NCBI GenBank assembly: GCA_903924715.1
Contig: CAIYCP010000321.1
Location: 1-54,663, forward strand
From: an uncultured beta proteobacterium
Lineage (GTDB): Bacteria > Pseudomonadota > Gammaproteobacteria > Burkholderiales > Burkholderiaceae_B
Direction: 5' to 3'
Length of the DNA: 54,663 nt
The notes beneath the pieces are model-generated. The model was not told the DNA's origin. It worked only from the letters and a program-made list of their open reading frames with translations, and searched no databases. The stretch's first letter is position 1; each line of letters opens with the position of its first letter. Position numbers and translations under genes: made by a program. Shown one piece after another: positions 26,631 to 34,818 of the stretch.

Positions 26631-27113
26631 ATGGCACAACTAAATCAACCCTTCGTCGAATCAGAATTACCGAAGTCTGAGCGCAACTTCGAGCCTTTGC
26701 CGGCCGGCTGGTACACCGCGACGATTGGCGGTGCTGAAGTTAAAGCCACCAAGGCAGGCACGGGCGAATACATCGCTATTCGTTACGACATCACTGGACC
26801 AAGCCACCAGGGGCGCGTCGTCTTTGGCAACCTGAACATCAAAAACGCCAACCCAACCGCCGAGGCGATTGGTTACCAACAGATGGGCGAGTTGATGCGT
26901 GCGATTGGCTTGGCGCGTGTGGATGACACCGACCAGTTCGTGGGTGGCCAGTTGCAGGTGAAGTTGGATGTTCGCAAGAGCGAGCAGTACGGCGACAGCA
27001 ACGACGTGAAGGGGTTTAAGTCGCTTGCCGGCGGTGCGATGCCAATGGCAGCGGCCACTGCTGCGGCACCGAAGGCGGCGGCCAAGGCCTCACCACCTTG
27101 GGTTAAGAAGTAA
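26631..27113 (+). CDS. DUF669-like single-stranded DNA-binding protein
   Basis: FEPLPAGWYTATI, YGDSNDVKGF, Ala-rich linker, PPW C-terminus. Confidence 0.75.
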   Translation: MAQLNQPFVESELPKSERNFEPLPAGWYTATIGGAEVKATKAGTGEYIAIRYDITGPSHQGRVVFGNLNIKNANPTAEAIGYQQMGELMRAIGLARVDDTDQFVGGQLQVKLDVRKSEQYGDSNDVKGFKSLAGGAMPMAAATAAAPKAAAKASPPWVKK

Positions 27114-27159
27114 TCCCTTAACCGAACCCTCACCCTTCGGGGTGGGGGATGGAGATAGC

Positions 27160-28167
27160 ATGGCAAAGTTACCAGAACTAAACCGCACGGTGGCCGCGAT
27201 CGACGCCTACCATGAATCAATTCAAGAGCCACCCCGCCCGCATATGGGGTGCTCAACGCTTGGGCACGTCTGCGACCGGTGGCTTTGGCTATCCTTTAGA
27301 TGGGCGGTGGTCGAGCCCTTTAAGGGTCGGATCCTGCGCCTGTTTCGCCGCGGGCAAAACGAAGAGGCAACCGTCGTGGCTGACTTACGCGCCATCGGCA
27401 TGGACGTACAAAAGACAGGTGCTAATCAATCCCGCGTTGACTTTGGTTGTCATGTCTCGGGATCGGTCGATGGCGTCATCATGTCAGGCATGATTGAGTC
27501 AACCAAGCCTCATGTGCTTGAGATCAAAACGCACGGACTGAAGTCATTCACTGATCTTGAAAAGAACGGCGTTGAGAAGTCTAAGTTCACGCACTACGTT
27601 CAGATGCAGCTTTACATGATGGGGCTCAAGCTACAACGAGCGTTATACCTCTCAGTTTGCAAGGACGACGATCGTATCTACACCGAGCGAGTACAGTTTG
27701 ACAAGGCCGTGGCCACTAAGGCGCTCGAGCGTGGCCATCGCCTAGTCAAAGACGCCAGGCTGCCGCCCCCTATCAGCACAGACGCCACCTGGTACGAATG
27801 CCGGTTCTGCGCGGCGCATGATTTTTGCCATAAAAGTCGTACTACCAAAGAGGTCAACTGCCGCACCTGCGCACATTCAACGGCCAAAGAGGACGGCACA
27901 TGGCTCTGCGAAAAGTACGACCATACCTTAAGCGTTGATGAGCAGCACACTGGGTGCTCGGCGCACGTTATTCACCCGGACTTGGTACCTTGGAAGTACA
28001 CGGCAACTGAAGAAGGTGTTGTCTGGCACACCCCGCACGGCGATGTTGAAAATAGCCAGGTAGGTTATCACTCGGCCGAGATTGTGGCCAACGTTGAAGC
28101 GTGCGCAAGTGATGACCATTTTATTGCAGACCTAAGATCAACGATGGGCGCGAGGGTGGTGGAGTAA
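27160..28167 (+). CDS. Cas4-like PD-(D/E)XK exonuclease
   Basis: Start ATG 27160 after GGAG; CDRWLW, GSVDG, LEIKT, QMQLYM, CRFC..C Fe-S-type cysteines. Confidence 0.8.
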   Translation: MAKLPELNRTVAAIDAYHESIQEPPRPHMGCSTLGHVCDRWLWLSFRWAVVEPFKGRILRLFRRGQNEEATVVADLRAIGMDVQKTGANQSRVDFGCHVSGSVDGVIMSGMIESTKPHVLEIKTHGLKSFTDLEKNGVEKSKFTHYVQMQLYMMGLKLQRALYLSVCKDDDRIYTERVQFDKAVATKALERGHRLVKDARLPPPISTDATWYECRFCAAHDFCHKSRTTKEVNCRTCAHSTAKEDGTWLCEKYDHTLSVDEQHTGCSAHVIHPDLVPWKYTATEEGVVWHTPHGDVENSQVGYHSAEIVANVEACASDDHFIADLRSTMGARVVE

Positions 28168-28826
28168 TGACCAAAACTAGACAACTCTCGTTTTTAGAAT
28201 TACCGCCCGAGCCCACAAAAACGTACCGGGCAATCAGACACGACGTGGTACGGGGAAAGCAAGCCGTCAACAGTTCAGAGGTGCACCACCCGGACGAAAA
28301 GACAAACCAAATTGAATGGGTTATGCGAAATTTGAATACGCAGCATGGCCATGACATTCTTGAATTGTTTTCAGGCCGGGGGAACTTGACTGCCGTTTAT
28401 GAACAGTTTGGGCAAGTCACCGCCTGCGACAGAAAGTATTGTAAGACCGGCGATAGTTTTTTGTTGTTTCACAAAATGATTGCTGAAAAGAAAAAATTTA
28501 CCGTTATTGACCTTGACCCTTATGGATTCCCGACCAGGTTATTTCCTGACGTTTTTTTGCTCATTGACAACGGTTTGTTGTTTGTCACCATGCCAAAGCC
28601 TTACGTCAACGTGCTCAACGGCATTACCCAGACGCACTTGATTGCTTACTTTGGTGAGCCGAACCCGTCCGAAGACACAATTGTCGATCAGATCGTAACC
28701 TGGGGGCTTTGCCATTGGCGTCAAGTTGAGTTGATTGATTCAATTGATTGTTCAAGTGTCTGGCGCTTTGCCTTCAGCGTGGTTAAGGTCAAGGCAACGG
28801 ATTACACCGGAGTCAGAAACCGATGA
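28167..28826 (+). CDS. SAM-dependent methyltransferase, Trm1-like motifs
   Basis: ILELFSGRG (motif I), FTVIDLDPYGFP, GLLFVT. Confidence 0.65.
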   Translation: MTKTRQLSFLELPPEPTKTYRAIRHDVVRGKQAVNSSEVHHPDEKTNQIEWVMRNLNTQHGHDILELFSGRGNLTAVYEQFGQVTACDRKYCKTGDSFLLFHKMIAEKKKFTVIDLDPYGFPTRLFPDVFLLIDNGLLFVTMPKPYVNVLNGITQTHLIAYFGEPNPSEDTIVDQIVTWGLCHWRQVELIDSIDCSSVWRFAFSVVKVKATDYTGVRNR

Positions 28827-30475
28827 ACGATTTAAAAACGGTGCTGCGCCCGTACCAGCAACGCGCCCTAGACCAACTCTACGAGTGGTTCGAGCAAAAC
28901 CCCGAGGGCAACCCTTGCATAGTCGCCCCGACCGGCTCTGGCAAGAGCCACATGATTGCGGCATTTTGCAAGAACGCCTTGCAAGACTTTCCTGAGACGA
29001 AGGTCTTGATGCTCACCCACGTCAAGGAGTTGATCCAACAAAACGCCAACAAGATGCGCGAGCACTGGGCAGACGCCCCCTTGGGGATCTTCAGCGCTAG
29101 CATTGGCAAAAAAGATTTGGGTAAAGAGATCACGTTCGCGGGCATTCAGTCTATTCGCAAGCGTGCGGAGCAGCTCGGCCACGTCGACATCATTATTATT
29201 GATGAGTGTCACCTGGTGAGTCACAACGACGAGGGCAGTTACCGCAAACTGATTGATGCCCTGACCGCCATCAACCCGCACCTGCGCGTGATTGGTTTGA
29301 CGGCTACCCCGTTCAGGCTAGGTCACGGGCTGATCACCGACAAGCCCGCCATCTTTGACGCGCTTATAGAGCCTGTGAGCATCGAGGAGCTCGTTGAGGG
29401 TGGTTATCTATCAACTCTACGCTCAACGCGCACAGCGCTGCGCCTAGACACCTCTGGGGTGCATAAGCGCGGGGGCGAGTACATCGAGTCTGAGCTGCAG
29501 GCGGCGATCGATACAGAAAAGAATAACCGCGAGGTGGTTGAAGAGGTTCTCAAGCTCGCTGGTGACCGTAAGTCGTGGATCTTCTTTTGCTCAGGCGTTG
29601 ATCACGCGCATCACATCTCAACCCTGCTTAACGAGCACGGGATCACATCTAATTGCGTGACAGGCAAAACACACAAAAAAGACCGCGAGAAAATTCTCGA
29701 TGATTTTAAGGCTGGCAAGATTCAAGCGATCACCAATGCCAACGTGCTGACAACTGGCTTTGATCATCCTGACATTGACCTGCTCGTAATGCTGCGCCCA
29801 ACTATGAGCGCGAGCTTATACGTCCAGATGGCAGGCCGCGGGATGCGACCTAAGTCACACACCGATCACTGCCTGGTGCTCGACTTTGCCGGGGTCGTTG
29901 CCCAGCACGGTCCAGTCACCAACGTGCAGCCAAGCAAAAAGAAAGGCGAGGGCGAGGGTGACCCGCCAACCAAAGTCTGCAGCGAGTGTCATGAGATCTG
30001 CCATATCTCGGTGAAGGTTTGCCCTAACTGTGGTTTTGAGTTTCCCAAGCCACCTGAGCGCAAGTTTACTTTGCACAACGACGACATCATGGGGGTCAAG
30101 GCTAACGGTGAGCTCGCTGTACGGTCGTGGACATGGCGCAAGCAGACTAGTCGCACGAGCGGCAAGCCGATGTTGTCTTGCACTTACTACGGTGGCTTGA
30201 GCGATAAGCCGGTCGTTGAGTACCTCACAGTGGGCTATATGGGCTACGCGGGCGAGAAGGCTATGCGCACCCTTTATAACCTTGCGCAAGCCTCTGGTGC
30301 GTCTCTCACGGGCGCTGAGAGCATGAGCCAGGACGAAGGTTTGTTTTTTCTTGCAAACCAGATGAACAAGGCGCGGCCGCCATCATTGATTACATTTAAA
30401 CTCGATGGTAAGTTTTATCAAATCTTAACGAGGAGCTGGAAACGTGCGCCACAAGAAACCAATATTTTTGCTTGA
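28823..30475 (+). CDS. Superfamily 2 DEAD/DEAH-like helicase with C-terminal Zn finger
   Basis: LRPYQ, APTGSGKS, IIDECH, GLTATP, LTTGFD, QMAGRGMR, CSEC..CPNC. Confidence 0.92.
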   Translation: MNDLKTVLRPYQQRALDQLYEWFEQNPEGNPCIVAPTGSGKSHMIAAFCKNALQDFPETKVLMLTHVKELIQQNANKMREHWADAPLGIFSASIGKKDLGKEITFAGIQSIRKRAEQLGHVDIIIIDECHLVSHNDEGSYRKLIDALTAINPHLRVIGLTATPFRLGHGLITDKPAIFDALIEPVSIEELVEGGYLSTLRSTRTALRLDTSGVHKRGGEYIESELQAAIDTEKNNREVVEEVLKLAGDRKSWIFFCSGVDHAHHISTLLNEHGITSNCVTGKTHKKDREKILDDFKAGKIQAITNANVLTTGFDHPDIDLLVMLRPTMSASLYVQMAGRGMRPKSHTDHCLVLDFAGVVAQHGPVTNVQPSKKKGEGEGDPPTKVCSECHEICHISVKVCPNCGFEFPKPPERKFTLHNDDIMGVKANGELAVRSWTWRKQTSRTSGKPMLSCTYYGGLSDKPVVEYLTVGYMGYAGEKAMRTLYNLAQASGASLTGAESMSQDEGLFFLANQMNKARPPSLITFKLDGKFYQILTRSWKRAPQETNIFA

Positions 30476-30626
30476 GATCGAAAAATTAAAAGAACCAAAG
30501 TGCTGCCACACTTGTCACCACTACACTCGCGTTGGCATGTGCGAAATTTACAAAACAGAACCGCCCGAGGAGTTTGCGGCCACCGTTGATGCGTGCGACA
30601 AGTGGGAGTTTGAATGTCCATTTTAA
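30444..30626 (+). CDS. Small Cys-rich hypothetical protein
   Basis: PKCCHTC..C..PPEEF..CDKW..PF; overlaps neighbours. Confidence 0.6.
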   Translation: MRHKKPIFLLEIEKLKEPKCCHTCHHYTRVGMCEIYKTEPPEEFAATVDACDKWEFECPF

Positions 30627-30976
30627 AAAAAACTGCCGTGCCATCTGAGCACGTCGAACAGTCCATGCTCGTGCAATGGTTCAGACGCAGCTACCCCAAC
30701 GTCTTGATTTTCGCAGTGCCCAACGGTGGCGCTCGTAGCAAGGCCACGGCCGGCAAGTTAAAAGTCGAGGGTGTGGTGCCTGGTATCCCTGATTTGTTCG
30801 TACCAGAGTGGAAGTTGTGGATTGAAATGAAGCGCACCAAGGGCGGCGCGGTAAGCGACGAGCAGTTTGGCATGATCGATTATTTACAAAGTGTGGGATA
30901 CCATGTTATTGTGGGCAAAGGTGCTGAACACGCCAAGGCACAAATACTGGAGTTTTTAAATGAAGAAAGAACTTAA
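30614..30976 (+). CDS. VRR-NUC domain nuclease (putative resolvase)
   Basis: EHVEQ, FAVPNGG, GIPDL, WIEMKR..G..S..Q. Confidence 0.85.
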   Translation: MSILKKTAVPSEHVEQSMLVQWFRRSYPNVLIFAVPNGGARSKATAGKLKVEGVVPGIPDLFVPEWKLWIEMKRTKGGAVSDEQFGMIDYLQSVGYHVIVGKGAEHAKAQILEFLNEERT

Positions 30977-31109
30977 AGAGAAATTCGTTACCGTACGCCT
31001 GCCAGAGTCAGTCCTGGCTCAATTGCAGGCAGTCTGTGAGAGTGAAACACGCACAATGAGTGCGCAGATCTTGTATTACATCAAAAAAGGCTTAGTTATA
31101 AAGAATTGA
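30960..31109 (+). CDS. Arc/ribbon-helix-helix DNA-binding protein (49 aa)
   Basis: Hand translation MKKELKEKFVTVRLPESVLAQLQAVCESETRTMSAQILYYIKKGL; below the ORF-track size limit. Confidence 0.75.
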   Translation: MKKELKEKFVTVRLPESVLAQLQAVCESETRTMSAQILYYIKKGLVIKN

Positions 31110-31151
31110 GTCTTTATTACAACAAAGTATAAAGAATGTGTGTTTTTGTTA

Positions 31152-31173
31152 GAAAACGTGTTAATATTTGTTT
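31152..31173 (+). promoter_or_regulatory. Putative early promoter (extended -10), copy 2
   Basis: GAAAACGTGTTAATATTTGTTT; near-identical to 22115-22136. Confidence 0.65.
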
Positions 31174-31228
31174 CATCAGTAAGCAGTAAACAAAACCTTC
31201 AACCTGATTCACAGACCGGAGCTACACC

Positions 31229-31537
31229 ATGAACGCAATCACCACCACCGAGAATTTGGCACTGACCCTTGCAAGCGACATCGACGCACTCTATGTGCTC
31301 GACCAGCAAGCTAAGGCCTTGGCCGAGCAAGTCAAGCAAATGAAAGGCGACATCGCCAACAAGTACGGCGAGGGCAAACACGCAGGCGAGCAGCACAGCG
31401 TTGAAGTCAAACTGGTGCCCGTAACCGGCTCGGTTGACTACGCCGCGGTGTGCGAGAAGTACGGCATCACCGACGCAGTCTTGGATACCTTCCGCAAAGA
31501 AGGCCGTGCCGACATCCGCGTAAGCCCAAAGAAATAA
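31229..31537 (+). CDS. Hypothetical early protein
   Basis: GGAG RBS; first gene after the promoter. Confidence 0.75.
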   Translation: MNAITTTENLALTLASDIDALYVLDQQAKALAEQVKQMKGDIANKYGEGKHAGEQHSVEVKLVPVTGSVDYAAVCEKYGITDAVLDTFRKEGRADIRVSPKK

Positions 31538-31572
31538 ACCAACCGCCCCCTTCGGGGGGCTAGGAGAACAGC

Positions 31573-31755
31573 ATGGAAATCAAATTTTGCAAAGACTGCC
31601 AGCACCTGAAGGACGGGTATTGCAACCGCCCAGACGGCATCTCGTTGGTCACAGGTGAGATGAAGTATATCCGCCGCGCTGCTGAGTCAGAGCGTTCGTA
31701 TGACGCCACCGGCTGCGGCACTACCGCTCGTTACTTCACTCTCAAACAAATCTAA
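31573..31755 (+). CDS. Small Cys-rich hypothetical protein
   Basis: FCKDCQH..C..LVTGE..CG..ARYF; AGGAG RBS. Confidence 0.75.
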   Translation: MEIKFCKDCQHLKDGYCNRPDGISLVTGEMKYIRRAAESERSYDATGCGTTARYFTLKQI

Positions 31756-31790
31756 ATTAACCGCCCCCTTAGGGGGGCTAAGGAATTAGC

Positions 31791-32099
31791 ATGAAAACCA
31801 AAACGATTGCTTGGCTGAATAGTGAAAGTAGTATGTCGCCCGAACAAATCTTAACTGCCTCGGGAACCCACCTTGTTGCAGCCACGTTGTTATCTAACTT
31901 AGATATGTCAACTCACGGGTTTACAAAAATTGGCACCGCAACAATTGAGTTTGAGTTGATCGACCGCAACGAAATGATTGACAACAAAGTGATTGCGTTG
32001 CGCGCGGAATTGCAAGGCGTCAAGGCCGAAGCGCAAGTCAAGGTGCAGCGCATTGAAGAGCAACTGCAAAGCCTGCTGGCGATCACCAACGAAGCCTAA
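31791..32099 (+). CDS. Hypothetical protein
   Basis: AAGGA RBS; C-terminal coiled coil ending LLAIT. Confidence 0.75.
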   Translation: MKTKTIAWLNSESSMSPEQILTASGTHLVAATLLSNLDMSTHGFTKIGTATIEFELIDRNEMIDNKVIALRAELQGVKAEAQVKVQRIEEQLQSLLAITNEA

Positions 32100-32133
32100 C
32101 CAATCGCCCCTTTGGGGGCTAAAGGATCCCGAC

Positions 32134-32346
32134 ATGAAACAACAAAACCTTCAAAATGCCATAGTCTTTGACTGCCGGCTTAAAAACATTCCTTGCCAGA
32201 TCGCGTACTGGAACCGTGAAATGTACTCGGTGCTTGATCGCAAGGGCTACCACGCTCCCTGGCTTGAGGCCAAGGTTGAGTCGTGGGAGATTGCAGAACT
32301 TATTGCCGAAGATCGGCGTGACCGCAAGGAGATGTGCGATGAATAA
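32134..32346 (+). CDS. Hypothetical protein
   Basis: Start ATG 32134 after AAGGA; IPCQI..VLDRKGYHAPWLE. Confidence 0.7.
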   Translation: MKQQNLQNAIVFDCRLKNIPCQIAYWNREMYSVLDRKGYHAPWLEAKVESWEIAELIAEDRRDRKEMCDE

Positions 32347-32509
32347 CCAAGCAGAGATTGCAAGGCTCGAGGCCGAGCTCAAGAGCATTAAAGAGAAAAA
32401 TGCGTACTGGAAGGCCTTGCCCAACCAGGACGGATCCTACGAGGCCTCAATCACGTTTGACGGGTACTACAAAATTTCAGCAAAACTTCAGGAGTTGAAA
32501 AATGCGTAA
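32339..32509 (+). CDS. Hypothetical protein
   Basis: ATG 32339 after AAGGAG; MNNQAEIARLEAEL. Confidence 0.6.
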   Translation: MNNQAEIARLEAELKSIKEKNAYWKALPNQDGSYEASITFDGYYKISAKLQELKNA

Positions 32510-32588
32510 CTGGCGCTTTATCCTCAAAGAGGCCTGCGGGTTCGTGGGCTTTGTTGTCATAATGATTTTTTTGATCTGGACAAACTGA
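32502..32588 (+). CDS. 28-aa membrane peptide
   Basis: AGGAG RBS; MRNWRFILKEACGFVGFVVIMIFLIWTN (hand translated). Confidence 0.5.
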   Translation: MRNWRFILKEACGFVGFVVIMIFLIWTN

Positions 32589-32590
32589 TC

Positions 32591-32764
32591 ATGAAAAAAC
32601 CAAAGGACATCCAAAAGATTGATAAGTTTGACCGCCCGCCCTACAAGGGGCTCACCCTCGCCCAGGTTGCCATGCGGCCAGACTCCTTAAAGGTGCTCGA
32701 TCAACCTTCGCGGGTCGCGAGCTCGCTTATCTATCCTGACGGGAGGCGAGTATGGGATCGTTAG
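32591..32764 (+). CDS. Hypothetical protein (57 aa)
   Basis: Hand translated MKKPKDIQK..MRPDSLKVLDQPSR..YPDGR; fills the gap. Confidence 0.6.
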   Translation: MKKPKDIQKIDKFDRPPYKGLTLAQVAMRPDSLKVLDQPSRVASSLIYPDGRRVWDR

Positions 32765-32940
32765 AGCTTGTTGTGGGGCTGTTTGTAGTGAGCGTGGCAA
32801 TTTCCCTTGTGTGGGTATGGGTCACCCGCTACAAGCCGCCTGTAGACCCGTTTAAGACGTTTGACAATACCCCATGCCATTGTTTGCACCCAGTCAAGTG
32901 CGACACGTTTGATAGGTGCATGAAAAATGAACATTCTTGA
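32752..32940 (+). CDS. Small membrane-anchored Cys-rich protein
   Basis: GGAGG RBS; N-terminal TM helix; CHCLHPVKC..C. Confidence 0.65.
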   Translation: MGSLELVVGLFVVSVAISLVWVWVTRYKPPVDPFKTFDNTPCHCLHPVKCDTFDRCMKNEHS

Positions 32941-33202
32941 TGCTCAAAACAAAATTTTAGATTTTTGTTCTATCTCTCGCACGTCTAACGAACTGGCCGC
33001 AATGCTAAATTTAAATAAAAGTGAGGTGTACCTACTTCTTGAAAATCTTGTGCGAGGTCGCAGGTTAATCAAAAAAGGCGACAACAAGCGACGCGCTAAC
33101 CCCGCGCTCTTTATCCGAGTCGTTGACGTGCCTGTCGTTGTGATTGATGACAACACCACAAATAACTTTTACGCCCACAACCCCTTTGGATTGAAACCAT
33201 GA
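32927..33202 (+). CDS. Winged-helix-like hypothetical protein
   Basis: RTSNELAAMLNL..VYLLLENLV; ends AHNPFGL. Confidence 0.65.
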   Translation: MNILDAQNKILDFCSISRTSNELAAMLNLNKSEVYLLLENLVRGRRLIKKGDNKRRANPALFIRVVDVPVVVIDDNTTNNFYAHNPFGLKP

Positions 33203-33456
33203 ACCCATTGAGCCCTAGCAAAATATTGCGCAACCTGGAGAACGGGTTTTTTATGACTCACGGAGAACAAGAGGAGGCCGCGACACTTATTCGAGATTTA
33301 CAAAAATCCAATGAGGCGCTGCACGCTAACATCCACGAGTACGCTGCTGAAATCGTGCAGTTACGCTCTAGGATTCGCGATGCGTTAGCGGCGCTGCAGA
33401 CTGGCCATGATCTTGACTTGGCCGTTGCAATTGAAATACTGAAGGACGCAAAATGA
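33199..33456 (+). CDS. Hypothetical protein
   Basis: ATGA-coupled; similar to the next gene. Confidence 0.65.
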   Translation: MNPLSPSKILRNLENGFFMTHGEQEEAATLIRDLQKSNEALHANIHEYAAEIVQLRSRIRDALAALQTGHDLDLAVAIEILKDAK

Positions 33457-33662
33457 AAGAGCAGCGTGAACAGCAGACTCTGATTGACTCGCTCGATAGC
33501 CACATCAGAGATCAAGCCGAGCAAATTGATTCGCTGCAGAAATCTAACCAGTCGCTGCTAGATACCTGCGTCAAATATTCAGATGAGATCGTCAGGCTGC
33601 GCCGAGCGGTGACTATGGAGCTAGGGCGCAAGGCCGTTGAGATACTTGGGGGTGAGAGATGA
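33453..33662 (+). CDS. Hypothetical protein (paralog of previous)
   Basis: Shares LQKSN..Y..EIV.LR..A.EIL. Confidence 0.65.
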   Translation: MKEQREQQTLIDSLDSHIRDQAEQIDSLQKSNQSLLDTCVKYSDEIVRLRRAVTMELGRKAVEILGGER

Positions 33663-33976
33663 CTTTAGAACATGATTTATTACAACTTGCCCGTGATGCA
33701 ATGCGTTCGTTAATGAATGGCCGAGAGTTTGCTGTAGGTCAAACTGGGCACTATCTAAACATTATTTCAAGAATAGAGGCAGAGTTAAGCAGGCCTGAAA
33801 AAACACAACAATGGGGCAACCCAAAGTACCTGATTGAAGAGGCGGTATTAGCAGAGCGTGAGGCGTGTGCGATTACAGCATGGTCAACGGGGCATGATTT
33901 GTACTTGAAACACCATGATATTAGAGAAGTTGGTTCGGCTTGTGCCACAGCAATCAGAGCAAGGGGTGAGAAATGA
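33659..33976 (+). CDS. Hypothetical protein, EREACA family
   Basis: AEREACA..AIRARGEK. Confidence 0.7.
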   Translation: MTLEHDLLQLARDAMRSLMNGREFAVGQTGHYLNIISRIEAELSRPEKTQQWGNPKYLIEEAVLAEREACAITAWSTGHDLYLKHHDIREVGSACATAIRARGEK

Positions 33977-34227
33977 TTGACGAACAAATAGAAAACTGGA
34001 TACGAAAAATGCAAACTGCCTGCAATAGGTCAGCATTAGATTCAGACATTAACATAATCAAGTTGATTCAACATATTGAAGACTTATATGAGCAAGGTCG
34101 TGCTGATGAGCGCGAGGCTTGCGCGAAGGTATGTTTGGAATTGGTTCAAGCAAAAGCGTCTGGCAAAAGTTATGAAGATGGAACAATAGATTGTGCCTCA
34201 GAAATTCGTGCAAGGGGTGAGAAATAA
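33973..34227 (+). CDS. Hypothetical protein, EREACA family
   Basis: DEREACAKVC..EIRARGEK. Confidence 0.7.
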   Translation: MIDEQIENWIRKMQTACNRSALDSDINIIKLIQHIEDLYEQGRADEREACAKVCLELVQAKASGKSYEDGTIDCASEIRARGEK

Positions 34228-34355
34228 TGTTTATCTATACAGTAAATGACATCATTGGTGCGGCGTTGTTTGGGCTGATGCTGTTGCTTGGTTTGTTTGT
34301 TTTGGGGTTGACCGTTGTTGACAAAATTAAACGTAAATTTAGGGGTAAGAAATGA
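34227..34355 (+). CDS. 42-aa membrane protein
   Basis: Hand translated MFIYTVNDIIGAALFGLMLLLGLFVLGLTVVDKIKRKFRGKK; TAATG/ATGA overlaps both sides. Confidence 0.65.
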   Translation: MFIYTVNDIIGAALFGLMLLLGLFVLGLTVVDKIKRKFRGKK

Positions 34356-34585
34356 ATGTTGACTCACCATTTGAGCAATGGCGCTTGAAATATATGAAAG
34401 GCACGGCAGCAAGCCGTGACATTATGGAGTTGCTTGCCTTGGCGTTTGAGGGTGGTCGTGTGGCAGAACGTGAGGCTTGTGCAAAGTTTCTTGATGATTT
34501 TTCTAAAACGCAGATGGTTCCTGCAAAGGATACATGGCGCATGGGCGTAATGGCTGCGGCTAATGCGGTGAGGGATAAGAAATGA
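34352..34585 (+). CDS. Hypothetical protein, EREACA family
   Basis: AEREACAK..AVRDKK. Confidence 0.7.
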   Translation: MNVDSPFEQWRLKYMKGTAASRDIMELLALAFEGGRVAEREACAKFLDDFSKTQMVPAKDTWRMGVMAAANAVRDKK

Positions 34586-34818
34586 ACAAGATTGATTTAA
34601 TTATTGAAAACCTTGAGTACGCCAAACTTGTCACAGAGCAAGCGCATAAAGATGAATTGCTTGACGAAGCCCTCACCGCCGCCCGTGAGTTGAAAGCGTT
34701 TAGAGAAGTCTTGATTCGTGATAATTACATCCTGCGCTTTTACCCGTCAGACACAGGTTGGATGTGCGGCATCAGCAACGAAATGATGGATGCGATTGAT
34801 GAGGTGAAGCATGACTGA
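34582..34818 (+). CDS. Hypothetical protein
   Basis: ATGA-coupled in the early array. Confidence 0.65.
   Translation: MNKIDLIIENLEYAKLVTEQAHKDELLDEALTAARELKAFREVLIRDNYILRFYPSDTGWMCGISNEMMDAIDEVKHD

Larger units (their letters stand above)
31538..32126 (+). repeat. Three intergenic GCCCC(C)-TTNG-(G)GGGGC hairpins each abutting an RBS
   Basis: 31545-31560, 31763-31778, 32106-32119, each followed by TA(A)(A)GGA. Confidence 0.8.

Noticed and set aside
27160-28167. CRISPR-Cas system implied by the Cas4-like gene
   Set aside because: No cas1/cas2 or array; the context (Sak4-like ATPase, SSB) is a standard phage recombination module
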